From assembly GCF_001194135.2 (NCBI RefSeq), contig NC_068981.1:22472472-22536471 (forward strand): DNA of 64,000 bases, read 5' to 3'. A program made the translations under genes and the position numbers. Under the pieces are notes generated by a model. It was not told the DNA's origin. It made no database searches and saw only the letters and a program-made list of their open reading frames with translations. Numbering within the stretch: position 1 is the first letter of the stretch; each line of letters starts with the position of its first letter. Source of the DNA: Octopus bimaculoides (Eukaryota). Positions 50,713 through 62,760 of the stretch are shown here, piece after piece.

Positions 50713-52042
50713 TCCCAACTACATTCTGACAAGCAGTATGTAGTAGGATATATTCAAAGTACTGTTACAACTGTCTTCTTCAATCTGTAATAACAAAAGT
50801 TGACATTTCAGCTAATTAGATGTATAATAATAATATACTAAATTCACAATAATCTAGAATAGTTACAAATCCTTCTCCTAAGAATTTCAAAACTTCTGAA
50901 ATACACCTCATACAATATGATGATATATAGAACAGGCATGGCTGTGTGGTCAAGTTCTCTTCACATCCACATTTTAGTTTCAGTCTCACTGCATGACACC
51001 TCAGGTAAAATCTCTATTACAGCCTCAAACCAAAGTTTTGTAAGTAGATTTGGTTCATGGAAGTGTGTGTGTGTGTGCGTATGTTATAATACTAAAATAA
51101 GCGTTTATTGGAGTACATTTTAAGGAGTCTGACAAAGTCATGATTGACAAAGCATTGAAGTTGCTGTCACCCTTTTCATTGTACAAATGTATGGGTATGT
51201 GTACCTATAAATAGGCATGTATGTGTATGAACAGATGCATAGTTATGTATGTATAGATAAACTAGTAGATGTGTGGGTGATGAATTGCGGGTATGTAATG
51301 AATTTCATGAATATTCATATGATTACACATAAATGAGTACTTAAGCTCTCTTGAGAATGACGTAAGATAATTCCTCTGATATAAAACATACAAATAGATG
51401 TTATCTGTATAACTTGAAGACATAGCTAAACTTTCGTTCATGTAAACACTGTCAGATTATGAATGGGATATTGTGAGTTTCACTAAAACATCTGTAGTAC
51501 TTGAAGTAAAGCATAACACCCTGCAGAGGTGTGTCAATGTTAGGAGGAGGTGGTATGAGGGGGAACGGTATAATTTGTTTTCAATGCCATTTTAGCATAT
51601 AGTTGAAATGCAGTAACTCAGTTAATCAGTTGGGTGGAACAACAGCTGGCAAAATTGAAAAGTTTAAAGGCATGCATATGCATGTGTATTCATGTGTGTA
51701 TATATATATGTGTGCATGAGCATATATATTCCTTATAGCTGAAACTTTTATAGAAATGTATAGGGACAAAAACCTTAATATGAGATTTGGTACTTTGAGA
51801 AAGTAGCATGTTTTGGATTTTGGATTTATGGTAATTTTAATTATTCTTGGCAATTTTAATTATTCTTATGGTAATTTTAATTATTCTTCAGCTGTGAATA
51901 TTGGTATTTTGAACATCAGTTCAGTGCTAAAAGGCAAGGCTAGAGATAGGGTGGTGCAAAGTTCAGTGCATACACAGAAGTATAAATGGGAATTGTCAGA
52001 GATTGTTGAATGCTATTAGTTACACTGCAGCCTGAGTTAGAA

Positions 52043-52319
52043 CAGGGGTTCCCAACTAGGGTCCAAAGAAGCTTTAAGGAGGTCCACAACTAAAAAATTG
52101 TAATTTGTGGGTTCACATATAAATTTTGTTCATAAGGAGAGGTACCTGTATTTACTGGAATTTATGTTATAAATATAATGAAATTGTTTCATTGTTAGTT
52201 TTTACTAACCTACAAACAAATATTTTATATCAAAAATGTACATGTACTTATATGGGTCCACAGATGATAAGATAACTCTCAGGGGATCCATAAGCAAAAT
52301 AAGGTTGGGAACCCCTCCG
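52043..52319. mobile_element. hAT-type MITE with 8-bp TSD
   Basis: TIRs CAGGGGTTCCCAAC / GTTGGGAACCCCT(cc)G; TSD AGTTAGAA / AGCTAGAA. Confidence 0.8.
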
Positions 52320-52819
52320 AGCTAGAACACAGCCATAAAATACCATAAATAAAATCCCATAAAGTGAAAATATGCTAAGTGGTCACATCTGCCACAGCTT
52401 TGAAATTCCAAGAATTAGTCAGCTGCATAGATGTTAACCTTCAAATTTAGCTTTGTATTTCATTTTCGTAAAGCTAATTATTATTCTTAAAAAAAAAAAA
52501 AAAAACAGATCTTAAACTCCACAGTCTAGTGCTGGTCTGTTCCAATATAAATCATAAAAAATTTTCAGATATTGATAAGTTTGTTGATGGTAATGAATAA
52601 ATATTTTCAGAAAACATTCATTCAATATTATTTTATTCTGAAGATAATTTCTGTCTGAAACATTAAAATAATTGTTAATGCAGTTTTGGTTTTACTGTTA
52701 AAGATCTCAGAGAAAGTGAATTGTTGGTGATCCTGCTGATTTTAAGACCCCTTTGGGACAATACATGGGATTAGTTTCCTGTCAGTGACTACTTTTTTAA
52801 AGAAATTGAACTTGACTTT

Positions 52820-53003
52820 ATTCTTTTACTTGTTTCAGTCATTTGACTGTGGCCATGCTGGAGCACTGCCTTCAGCTGAAGAAATCAACCCCAGGACTTA
52901 TTCTTTGTAAGCCTAGTATTTATTCAATTGGTCTCTTTTTGCCAAACCACTAAGTTACTGGGACGTCAACACACCAACATCAGTTGTCAAGCAATGGCGA
53001 GAC

Positions 53004-53043
<40 letters not shown>

Positions 53044-53250
53044 TTATATATGACAAGCTTCTTTCAGTTTCCATTTACCAAATCCACTCTCAAGGCTTTG
53101 GTTGGCCTGAGGCTATAGCAGTAGACACTTGCCCAAGGTGCCATGTAGTGGGACTGAACCTGGAACCGTGTGATTGGGAAGCAATGGGACTGAACCTGGA
53201 ACCCTGTAGTTGGGAAGCAAGCTTCTTACCACACAGCCACACCTATGCCT
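52820..53250 (-). mobile_element. Family A SINE with duplicated B-box segment
   Basis: GGGACTGAACCTGGAACC(G/C)TGT(G/A)..TTGGGAAGCAA occurs twice in tandem at ~53150-53220. Confidence 0.85.
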
Positions 53251-53654
53251 GTTAATAAATAAAACATTATATGAAACAAAACCACCAAAACTACAAATTC
53301 TTAAACAAGTGCTACCCTTAACAGAATTAGGACAGTCATGCAATGTCAATGTATGGTATAATGAATATATATAGAAACAAAACCACCATAAGTCAAGAAC
53401 TAAGCAAGTTGAATCATTTGAAAACTAGGATTTCAATGAAGGATGATTTGAACCTTTTATATCTTGGTTTCTCAGAGTTCTGAGTCAACAAGCACATTAA
53501 ACATATACATCCATCATCACCTGCTTAACAGATATCCTTATGATTTCAGCACCTGGACAGTACCATTTAATCTGGCGATGTCAACTTCAGTTCTTCTACT
53601 GCTTTTAGGTTTAAGGTATATCCCCATGTGACATCTATTGTATATCCCTTATAA

Positions 53655-53730
53655 CAGGGGTCCCCTAACCATTGGAATGTGGACCGATATTAGGCTGTGG
53701 ATCATTTAGTACCAGGTTGAACAGAAAGGA
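53655..53730 (+). mobile_element. hAT-like left terminus (fragment)
   Basis: CAGGGGTCCCCTAACC...GGACCGAT start, similar to the other hAT TIRs in the window. No partner end found. Confidence 0.45.
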
Positions 53731-54398
53731 AAAAGTTTTTTTACTTTATTTCTGATTTATTGACTATCACAATCTGCTGGTTGTTTTTGCATCATATATG
53801 TACTAGCTGACCACGTGCCATCAATAATGACAGCTAATTGTAGTATCTTATATATAAATAAGGTACAAAATAACGTACATAATAATCACACATACAAACA
53901 TTCTCATACTCCCCTTGTACACGCATACACATACAGAGTTGAAACGCTGATTTTTTTTCACTCCTTCTTTCCTTATTCATCTATCACCCCTCCCTTTCTC
54001 TCATTGCTATTACTTTCTCTCCTCCTCTACATCCGGCATGATTCTGGACAAAAATAAATAAATGCCACGTGGTGTATACTGAATCTTCAGTATCTTTACA
54101 CTTTGTATATTTTTATATTGCTATATATATATATATATATACACACACAAATATATAAAAACACCACGCTTGTTATTATATTAGGATATTATATACAAGA
54201 TACATATTATATTAATATATGTAATAATCAAAATACATAATATGCACTTCATTGTTTTATGCACCTGGAAAATTGTCTTGCTTGAAACTGATCTATGGTG
54301 CAAAAATGGTGGTGACTGCAGTTCTATAGCACAACTAAGAGTTAGTTATTGCCAAGAGGACAATGCTGGGAATAGGATATAAGCTATTAGTCCACTAA

Positions 54399-55593
54399 CC
54401 TTGTGGGGCCATGGAATATTTGTTTAATGAATCTCAGCAAAATAACTTAGTATTAATAAATGAAATTATCAATTTTAATATTAATGAGTATATGGAATAT
54501 TGTATGTGTTGTATGTGAATATAACACTCATATATTATTCCTGTATTTGAAGCTAGGGTTTCAATCAATTGTTACTATGTCCCATCTCTTGCACATTACA
54601 TCAGTTGTCTTGAGAAATGAGGGGAGAAGAATAGCTTTAATTAGATAAAGTCTATATACTTTATCTACTTATCTTTATAAAGAAGTGCTGATATTTAATT
54701 GTGGAGGGAACCAGTGGAAGGTGTAGAGCCAAGATGTGGGATGAAGTGGTGAGAAAGGATCTGGCACCACTGTTTTGATGAATTCCCCATTCTTCTATTA
54801 GATCTCATAGAAATGAAATAAAGCAATAAAATTATGATGAAGTAAATCTTAATTTGCTAATTAAAATATATTTCTTACAATTTCCTCCATCTTTTTTTCC
54901 ATTCCTTCTTGATCTTTTTATTTAAATTTTCACCCCTTTATTTAAATTTACACCCCTTCTTTTCCCCCCTCTTTTTTTGAACTCTTCCCATTTGTTTGAG
55001 TCAATAGTAAATCAGTGTTTGAGAGACACTCTCAGACGCATTGATTTCTTCAACAAGCTAGAAAAGTCTGTGAAGACTATCAGACTTTGGCCACCCTAAC
55101 CATATTCCTCTTCATAGATTTTATAGACCAGTGAGTTATAAAAGAAATTTCATTATTTTCCATCCTTTTTACTCATTGTCTCTTTCTCTCAGTATTTTAC
55201 AATGTCTTTCCTTGTGGGACCATGGAATATTTGTTTCATGAATCTCAGCAAAATAACTTAATATTGATAAATGAAATTATCAATTTTAATATTAATGAGT
55301 GTATGGAATATTGTATGTGTTGTGTGTGTGTGTACAAATAAATGTGAATATAACACTCAATACATATATTATTCCTATATTTGAAGCTAGGGTTTCAGTC
55401 AATTGTTACTATGTCCCATCTCTTGCACATTAGATCAGTTGTCTTGAGAAATGAGGGGAGAAGAATAGCTTTAAATAGATAAAGTTTATATACTTTATCT
55501 ACTTATCTTTATAAAGTGCTGATATTTAATTGTGGAGGGAACCTGTGGAAGGGGTAGAGCCAAGATGTGGGATGAAGTAGTGAGAAAGGATCT
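54399..55593 (+). repeat. Local direct duplication (54399-54762 vs 55210-55593)
   Basis: About 365 bp aligning nearly base for base, separated by a 447-bp spacer. Confidence 0.92.
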
Positions 55594-55800
55594 TCAGATG
55601 CTGGGCCTCACTGAGGGAATGACAAAAGATTTGGAGTTGTGGCGATTTGGTGCGCTTGAGATGACTCATCAAGCTAAGTAAAATCGAGGCCATCCATATA
55701 TGCAGGCATGTCCTTTGCAGGTGCTGGTGCCACATAAAATGCACTTGTGCCAGTGCCATGTGTATCTCACTCATGCTGGTGTGACATAAATGCATCCATG
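55526..55800 (+). mobile_element. RTE LINE 3' fragment with open C-terminal frame
   Basis: LIVEGTCGRGRAKMWDEVVRKDLQMLGLTEGMTKDLELWRFGALEMTHQAK* (stop 55679-55681), followed by the start of the family 3' UTR. Confidence 0.8.
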
Positions 55801-57479
55801 TTTGGAAGTTAAAAAGCTCAAAGAAAGAAGAACCTACATATGTTTCAATCCTGTCTTTTAGCTGATGGGAATTATCAAACATTTTTGTTTAATGCCAAGA
55901 AAGTTGCCACATTCTAACTATATTATGGTTGGACTTCATCAGGGTTCACATATAGCTCATGCAGCTTAGGTAATCATTCTACCGTTGACTTTCGCATTAT
56001 ATGATACACATTAAACCAGTGGAATACCTTGGATTACATAATCCCTAATGAGGATATGACTTCCTCAAATTAACTATATATATGATTTTCATTCTAAATG
56101 TTGGTGAAATTAAGAATGTGAAACCAAAACAAGAGAAACAATATATTTACTATATTATATAGTAATTATTTTATTTACCTAAGAGAGGACTATTTCCAAT
56201 AATACAATTGTCATTATTAAGACCTTTACCTACACTAATATTAACATTACCTCAACATTGGAAAAAGTAAAAGAAAGCAGATACACACACACTAACTTAT
56301 CATTTACTCTCTTTCTCTCTACATATATGTGTGTGACACATGTATAATATGCTCAATCTTCCAACTCTTTCAACACTTATATATTCCACACACACACACA
56401 CACACACACACATGAACAACCCTTATCTCAGAAAAATCCTTCCCACACATACTTTTACAAGTACACACATACCTGCCTATTCAAATATATGTTCTTTGCT
56501 TCTCATCTAACTGTTTCACCTCTGACTTCTTTGAGATAGCTAAGCAGTTGAAAAATGCTATTTTCCCCACATAACCAAAAACACCCTACTCCTTAACCAT
56601 GTATGGGTTCACTGATTCTATTGTAGTTGTTTTAACTGTATAGGTAAGGAAAAAAAAAATCATAGCCTACCATATCTCTAGGAAGTCATCCCCTTGTGAA
56701 ATTTTAGCATGGTAACAACCAATAAAACTAAAGGATGTCTTTCTGTACTGTATGGTCTGTAAGCGCTATCATCTTCTTCCTAAATTGATGGAGAGCGTTT
56801 TGGTCTCTTTTCTAGGGCTCTATGAACTCAGCAAAATCCATCTGTCCGCAACCCCCTCACTAACCAAAATGAAAACTCCTGTTGATAAAAGTTTTCATCG
56901 CTGCTGTACAGGCCCTAACATTTGTATTTACAATCTCCTATAGGTAATTCTTGTAATTCTTCAGATATGGTCACAGTGTTCTTCAATGTCACATTCTATT
57001 ATGCTGGTTACAGGGCACCGTTCCAATATCATATTGATATAATTTTTGAAATAGATGAGTATCTTGTAACACATCTGCTTCAATAATTTATGGAAGTATA
57101 AAAATAAATTGCAATACTTATGTAAATTATTCAAGCTACTAGTGTCAATACTTGTAAATTTTGATCAAATTTTTTATATGCATATATTATACTATTTCTA
57201 GTTGTAAAATCTAAATATATTTACAATGCCAGATATATTGACAGAACTATTCTGAAGATATCGCTCTGAATTTGAAGTGGTTAAAGAGAAATAGTAGCAG
57301 CAGAAAAGGAAATTAGTGCACAGATGTAATGCTCTTTACATTGGACGAATTGATCATACTTAAATGTAAAGGATAATCTGAAGAAGCACATCAGATATGT
57401 AAGTCTATGTGTAAGCATGTGTGAATGAATTGATACTTACTTTTATTTTTACATACTTGCCGAGAGTAAACAAAAGTTT

Positions 57480-58010
57480 TGCCATTCAAACAAATGGTGT
57501 CTTTGCTTTGCAGTCCACTTGAAAAGCATGTCTGGGCTTCTTAACATGTCCTGCCATGTTTCATACTCCTTGTAATCAAAAGGCTTGCATTCAAACAAAT
57601 GGTATCCTTTATTTTCAGTTCTCCATGTAATTATGTCTAGGCTGTTCATTGTTTGATAGACTGGGGGATTATAACTTTGCTTAGAAACAGGTGTAGGTTG
57701 GTTTCAGGAGGAACAGCTATCCATAGAAAAACTCCTTCTCAATATAGTTCATCTGATCCATGCAAGCATGAAAAAACAGACATTAAAACAACAATGTTTT
57801 GATATATATATATATCATCATCAACATTCAATGTCTGCTTTCCATGCTGGCATGGGTTGGACAGCTTGACAGGAACTGGCAAGGTCAGAAGGCATATCTG
57901 ATTTCATAGTCTGTTTTGGCTTTGTTTCTACAACTGGATGCCCTTCCTAACACCAACCATTTTACAGTATGCACTGGGTGCTTTTTACTTGGCACCAGTG
58001 CTTTTTACAT
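57480..58010. mobile_element. Tail-to-tail pair of RTE-tail SINE-like copies (+ 57480-57785; - 57820-58010)
   Basis: 57480-57785 aligns by eye with 2130-2430; the second copy is the reverse complement of the family tail. Confidence 0.7.
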
Positions 58011-58204
58011 GGTACCTTAGTTTTAGGATCTCAGTTCTGTTGTGGTAGGTGGGTCTTCTCAAATACAACAATGTGCCACATATCTCAGTCTTCTGTCATC
58101 TCCTTTATAAGGTTCAGTGTTTTGAGATTGGCCTTCAGAACTTTGTGACCTGCCTCCCTGGGTCAGCCACTTCCATTACTTCCCTCCATGTAAATATAAG
58201 ATAT

Positions 58205-58350
58205 TATCATCATCATCGTCGTCGTTTAACGTCCGCTTTCCATGCTAGCATGGGTTGGACGATTTGACTGAGGACTGGTGAAACCAGATGGCTACACCAG
58301 GCTCCAATCTGATTTGGCAGAGTTTCTACAGCTGAATGCCCTTCCTAATT
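58205..58350 (-). mobile_element. 5'-truncated RTE-tail repeat copy
   Basis: Reverse complement of the family 3' end, with (CAT)n/(CGT)n at left. Confidence 0.85.
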
Positions 58351-58809
58351 TATATATATTGTGTGCATGTGTGTGTGGCATTTGCTGATATACATCAGTG
58401 AAAGATGTAAGCATTAACAAAACTGAAAAATCAGTGCTTTTAATTAGAAATATTCTATCTGATGTTTGTTCTGCCCATTTTGTACTGATAACTATTTTCT
58501 TTCTCATCAGAAATGTAGCAAACCAGTGAGCCCCACAGGGAACTTGAAACCTGCAATGCTATTGTTCATAAATTGCAAAGTAAAATATATAGGTAAATGT
58601 TCCATTCAAGGAGTGGTTTCTTATTGCAAATCAGATGCATGGAAATAAATAGTGAATGAATTACTAAATAGAAATAAATCACTTAAATGTATAGTGTTTG
58701 GGCTGCCCACAGCAATAACGTTAACCTTCTCATGCAAGGGAGCTTAACCTTCTCACACAAAGCTGCCTACAATGATAAGGTTAACCTTCTGACACAAGAG
58801 AGCTTTGCC

Positions 58810-58990
58810 TTGGTTGCTCAGAAAGCTAGAAATAGCAGCCAAATCTCTCACAAATACTTAAGATAATAAATAATGTAGTCCTAAATATACAATGCCTCAA
58901 AACCAAAAATAACAGATGGGATGGTTACAGCAGGAACGTTTTTGGTTGTTAGTTTGCTTGGTCAGGGCTGTCCGGTGCTAAATAACAATA
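58810..58990 (-). repeat. Unclassified dispersed repeat family D (copies ~5560, 7085, 7800, 10630, 28560, 29630, 35100, 35830, 36130, 40530, 45520)
   Basis: Recurrent motifs TGATCAAAGG(C/T)ATTCCAGC..TGACCAT and GAGGGA(G/A)ATTTGGCTGCTATTTCTAGCA. Confidence 0.6.
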
Positions 58991-59174
58991 GATAACCCAC
59001 TAGGTAAGCTACACAAATAGTTGTTTGGCCCTGCAATATCACAATGAATTAACAGGATACAAATTGAATATACCAGCCTGTAGGCCTACACATTAACAAT
59101 TTGGTTGAGTGTAATTTAGTTATTCTGTATCTATGAAGGTAAAGGTGCATGGCTCAGTTAGGATTAAGAAAACG

Positions 59175-59360
59175 ATAGACTCATTCACAAGTCTTACAGG
59201 ATTTTCTGGTGTATATATTCCTTCCTGGATGGGACGCTGGTCTGTTGCACGAATACTCATTTTTGCCAGCTGAGTGGAGCAATGTGAAATGAAGTGCTTT
59301 GCTCAAGAACACCACACACCAGGAATCAAAACCATAATCTTAAAACCATGAGTCCTACAG
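59175..59360 (-). mobile_element. tRNA-derived SINE with CORE-like domain (older copy ~28255-28500, -)
   Basis: - strand GTTCTTGAGCAAAGCACTTCATTTCACATTGCTCCACTCAGCTGGCAAAAATGAGTA. Confidence 0.6.
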
Positions 59361-59486
59361 CCTAATCACTAAGGCACATTCTTCTACTTTGTAGTTGGGA
59401 TGCTGAGTTCATAATCATAAATCTATAGGTTCAATTTTTGCACTGGGTGGTGTGTTATTTCTTTGAGCAAGATACTACCAACTTAG

Positions 59487-59900
59487 CCCTTTCGTTACTA
59501 ACCCGGCCGTAGCCGGCTGAAAAAACTTTTGGTTCATAAGACCAACCCGGCCATAGCCGGCCGAGAGTACCCATTGTTATTTAAATGTAAATTTGAACCC
59601 AAATCTTGTTAGTACATTCGTTAAAACACCTGATTTCATTTTGCCATCAGTTGAGTTATTGTATCCGACATTGTTTGGCGTGATATTTGAACTCAGTGAA
59701 TTTTGGAAGATTTTTTTTCCACATTTTTTGCGGCATTAATTTTTTCAACTTTGAAGATGGAGAGGAGTTTCATGCTATCAAGCAGTGATTGCTGGTTCTG
59801 CCTTCTCCAGCTGTCACATCTTTGATGTTCCACTGGACCTAGAGTGAGAGGACGATGAGTATGTCTGTCTGCTTGTGACTACATAGGTACTGAGAATAAT
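59487..59900 (+). mobile_element. piggyBac-like left end with CpG-rich subterminal repeats
   Basis: TTAG-CCCTTTCGTTAC start; AACCCGGCC(G/A)TAGCCGGC twice (59500-59517, 59544-59561). No right end found; the right boundary is a guess. Confidence 0.5.
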
Positions 59901-61146
59901 TAATGAAAGAATGGTACTAGTTAGCAGGTCATACTACCTTGTGAGTAATGGTTAAGCATGCTTCAGTTATGACAAAATATAGCTAATTAGGAAATTGTGC
60001 TGGGTTCCAGGAAATTGTTCTAGCGAAAAACCTTTACTTTTATTTTATTTTTTTTTCAGTATTTCTTATTTGTATGAAAAGTTTGTTCAAAATAACACGG
60101 ATGATTTATTGTAAACTAATGTCACCAGAGAACTATTATGTATATTGAAGGTTTTAATTTAGAGATGCATTTCAGTGAGAAGATACTCACAGATCCAAGA
60201 AACAATTATTGTTTAGATAGCCTTAAGAAAGCTGTGATAGAAACTGATGATAAAGATGATGATGATGATTATATAGATGATGAATGATGTCATTTAGAGA
60301 TGGAAATGTTTTTAATTGAAATCCTAGGAAAAATTTACAAATGATAAAACAAATATACAAAACCACTTCCTTTTCTCATGGATTGAGGCAGGTGATTCTT
60401 AGAATATTCATAGAAATTGTTGTGCTAAAAAGTCTTGAACACCTTCCAAAGAAGAAGCAGAAATGATGGCCATTTTCAGGTACTCTGAGCAAAACCACTT
60501 CAGTAATGTCTCATACCCAGTCTACATTAGCTACAGCAGGGCTTGAATATGTTGTCCAGTCATCTATTAAGGTCTGTGAAGTTAGATTACAATCTCTTAT
60601 TACTGCAGGGGAATTGTTACTTTTGGTCTGTCTTTTTCCATGCACTAGCATTGCTTTGACAGAAATTGATTTGAGGCAGAATTTTGGTGGTCAAATAGTT
60701 GTTTGGCCCTGGGATATCACAGTGCAATTGACAGGATACAAATTGAATATACCAACCTGTAGGTCTACACTGTAACAATTTGTTTGAGTGTAATTTAGTT
60801 ATTCTGTACCTATGAAGGTAAAGGTGCATGGCTTAGTTAGGATTAAGAAAAAGATAGACTCATTCTCAGTCTTGTAGGATTTGCTAGATTTTCTGGTGCA
60901 TATACTCCTTCCTGGATGGGACACTGGTCTGTTACAAGAAAACTCATTTTCTATCACCTGTTTTACAAGTATGAGATTTTTATTCTGAAAGAATTTGAAA
61001 GCACAGTCAATGGTTGATTTGTTGACAGGAAATGTAAACAATATTCACTGGCAGCAGCTGAGCCATGAAAAGTGACTTCAACTCAGCAGTCTTATAAAAA
61101 TTCACGCACACACGCACACACACGCACACACACACACGCACGCACG

Positions 61147-61182
<36 letters not shown>

Positions 61183-62329
61183 ATGGGCTTCTTTAGTTTC
61201 TGGCTACCATATTTCCTCACAAGGATTTGGTCAGTCTGGAGCTTTAGCAAAAACACAATTGTTCAAGGTGCTAAGCAGTGGGGCTGAACCTAAAGCCATA
61301 GGTTTGAGGAGTGAGTTTAACTACACAGCCATGCCTATGTCTGTATACCATTCATAAGACAGCCTGGATATTTCTCTGAGAAGAGTTATCTTTCATAAGT
61401 TCTTGCTGAATTCTTTTCTAGTATTTTTCTGTATTTAGATAAAGCTGAATAAACAAACACACACACACGCACATGAAAAAAAAGAAGAAGAAAATACATG
61501 GTTGTGATATTGCATATTGAAGTCACTCATGCATGAAGTGAAGGAATTACAGCATGGAGATACAATAAAGTTTTCTTCAACAGCCAGCACTTCATTTCAT
61601 CTTGCTGGCAAAAAGGGAAAAATCTATTTGAGAATTTCACGAATATTCTGAAGTGATAAGGCAAGGAATGGCTTGGAATTGGAAATAAGAAGAAAAAAAA
61701 GGACATTAAGATGTGAGGAAATGTATAAATGTTGGACTAATATTAATCTTCAGGAAGAAATAAACTGGTTTATAAAACTCTGTAAAGAGATTTAGTCGTT
61801 TATATATTTCTTTACTTCTCTTTCTCTAAATCACCAAATGGTTGAAATTGTATAGATGGAAGTGTACTTAAAGGAATTGGAGAATTATTTATCTACCGAG
61901 TGATCCTTCATATTCCATAACCTAACATAATTTCTGACCATTCTATTCAACATGCTATCCAAGCCAGTGAGCTGACAGAATTGCTAGAGCATCTTAGAGT
62001 ATTTCTTCTGACTCTATACATTCTGAGTTCAAATCATGTCAGGTCAACTTAGTCTTTCATCCTCTTGGATGGGGAGATGATGAAATAAAGTACCAGTGAT
62101 GCGCTGGAGTTAGTGTAATTGACTAATTACCTCACCTCAAAACTGTTGGCCTTGTGTCTTAGAAACCATCTAGTTTGTCTTTGACATTAATAAAGAAGAT
62201 CTTATATCAAGTATGTGAGATCTCTTGCCCACAGGAAATATTTCACCTGTTTCCAAATTTGAAGCCGCTGACTAATGAAGTCTCTAAAAGCCTCTGTGAG
62301 GTGGTTGGGTGTGGAGCTTAAGTCTAAGG

Positions 62330-62540
62330 ATCAAAAAGCTAATATACATTGTGTGGACAGCTTCATAAAAAGTCACGTATTTTTTGTTTTTGACACAAAC
62401 TCAAAAGAAAGGTTTTTGGTAGATACAGGAGCAGCCTGTTCAATTTGGCCTGTAAAACTTTTGAAAGAGAAACCAAGACCTGTATATTTGACTCTTCAAG
62501 CGGTTAATCAGTCTGAAACCCGAACATTTGGAAAGATTAG
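62330..62540 (+). pseudogene. Ty3/Gypsy-type retropepsin (aspartic protease) fragment
   Basis: HVFFVFDTNSKERFLVDTGAACSIWP...LTLQAVNQSETRTFGK, containing the LVDTGA catalytic motif and the flap-like LQAVN..T.G segment. Homology is cut abruptly at ~62540; no gag, RT or LTR is recognisable. Confidence 0.8.
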
Positions 62541-62544
62541 CCGA

Positions 62545-62760
62545 TACTCAAAAGAGTGAGTGTCGTGGCATTGAGTAACAACCAACGAACACCGGAGAGT
62601 GAGTGTTGTGGATTTGCGTGACAACCAACGATCACTGAATAATTTCCCAAAAATCAGGGTTTTTATAACTGCTCATACATGAATTCTAAGAACCGTACTT
62701 CGTGAAAGATTTCTTTAACAAAAGTTTAGAATTCATATATGGGCAGTAATTTTTAATCAA
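62545..62760. repeat. Unclassified CpG-retaining element: two 43-bp tandem units plus a 22-bp inverted repeat
   Basis: Units start at 62553 and 62596. Arms ACTGCTCATACATGAATTCTAA (62668-62689) and TTAGAATTCATATATGGGCAGT (62726-62747). Confidence 0.7.

Larger units (their letters stand above)
59014..60950 (+). repeat. Local direct duplication (59014-59264 vs 60692-60950)
   Basis: About 250 bp aligned by eye with scattered substitutions and small indels. Confidence 0.9.

Noticed and set aside
54399-55593. Direct repeats as LTRs of a TRIM or mini LTR element
   Set aside because: No shared TG...CA ends, no convincing PBS or PPT, no TSD; the repeat ends inside an RTE fragment.
56810-56943. Strong AG/GT-bounded segment with retained CpGs
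   Set aside because: All three frames contain or end in a stop; it could only be a non-coding exon, which cannot be tested here.
57315-57410. RCNALYIG…KKHIRY resembling a PLE GIY-YIG remnant or zinc-finger exon
   Set aside because: The match is too short and broken by stops and frameshifts to support.
57449-57660. Apparent symmetric - strand exon (…MNSLDIITWRTENKGYHLFECKPF…HLFEWQNFCLLSA) with AG/GTATGT sites
   Set aside because: The + strand aligns with the dispersed repeat at 2130-2430, so the open frame lies in an antisense SINE-like copy.
62275-62559. ORF as a host DDI1/ASPRV1-like protease gene
   Set aside because: The domain is truncated mid-fold, there is no compatible splice acceptor frame, and the motif context matches Ty3/Gypsy pol.
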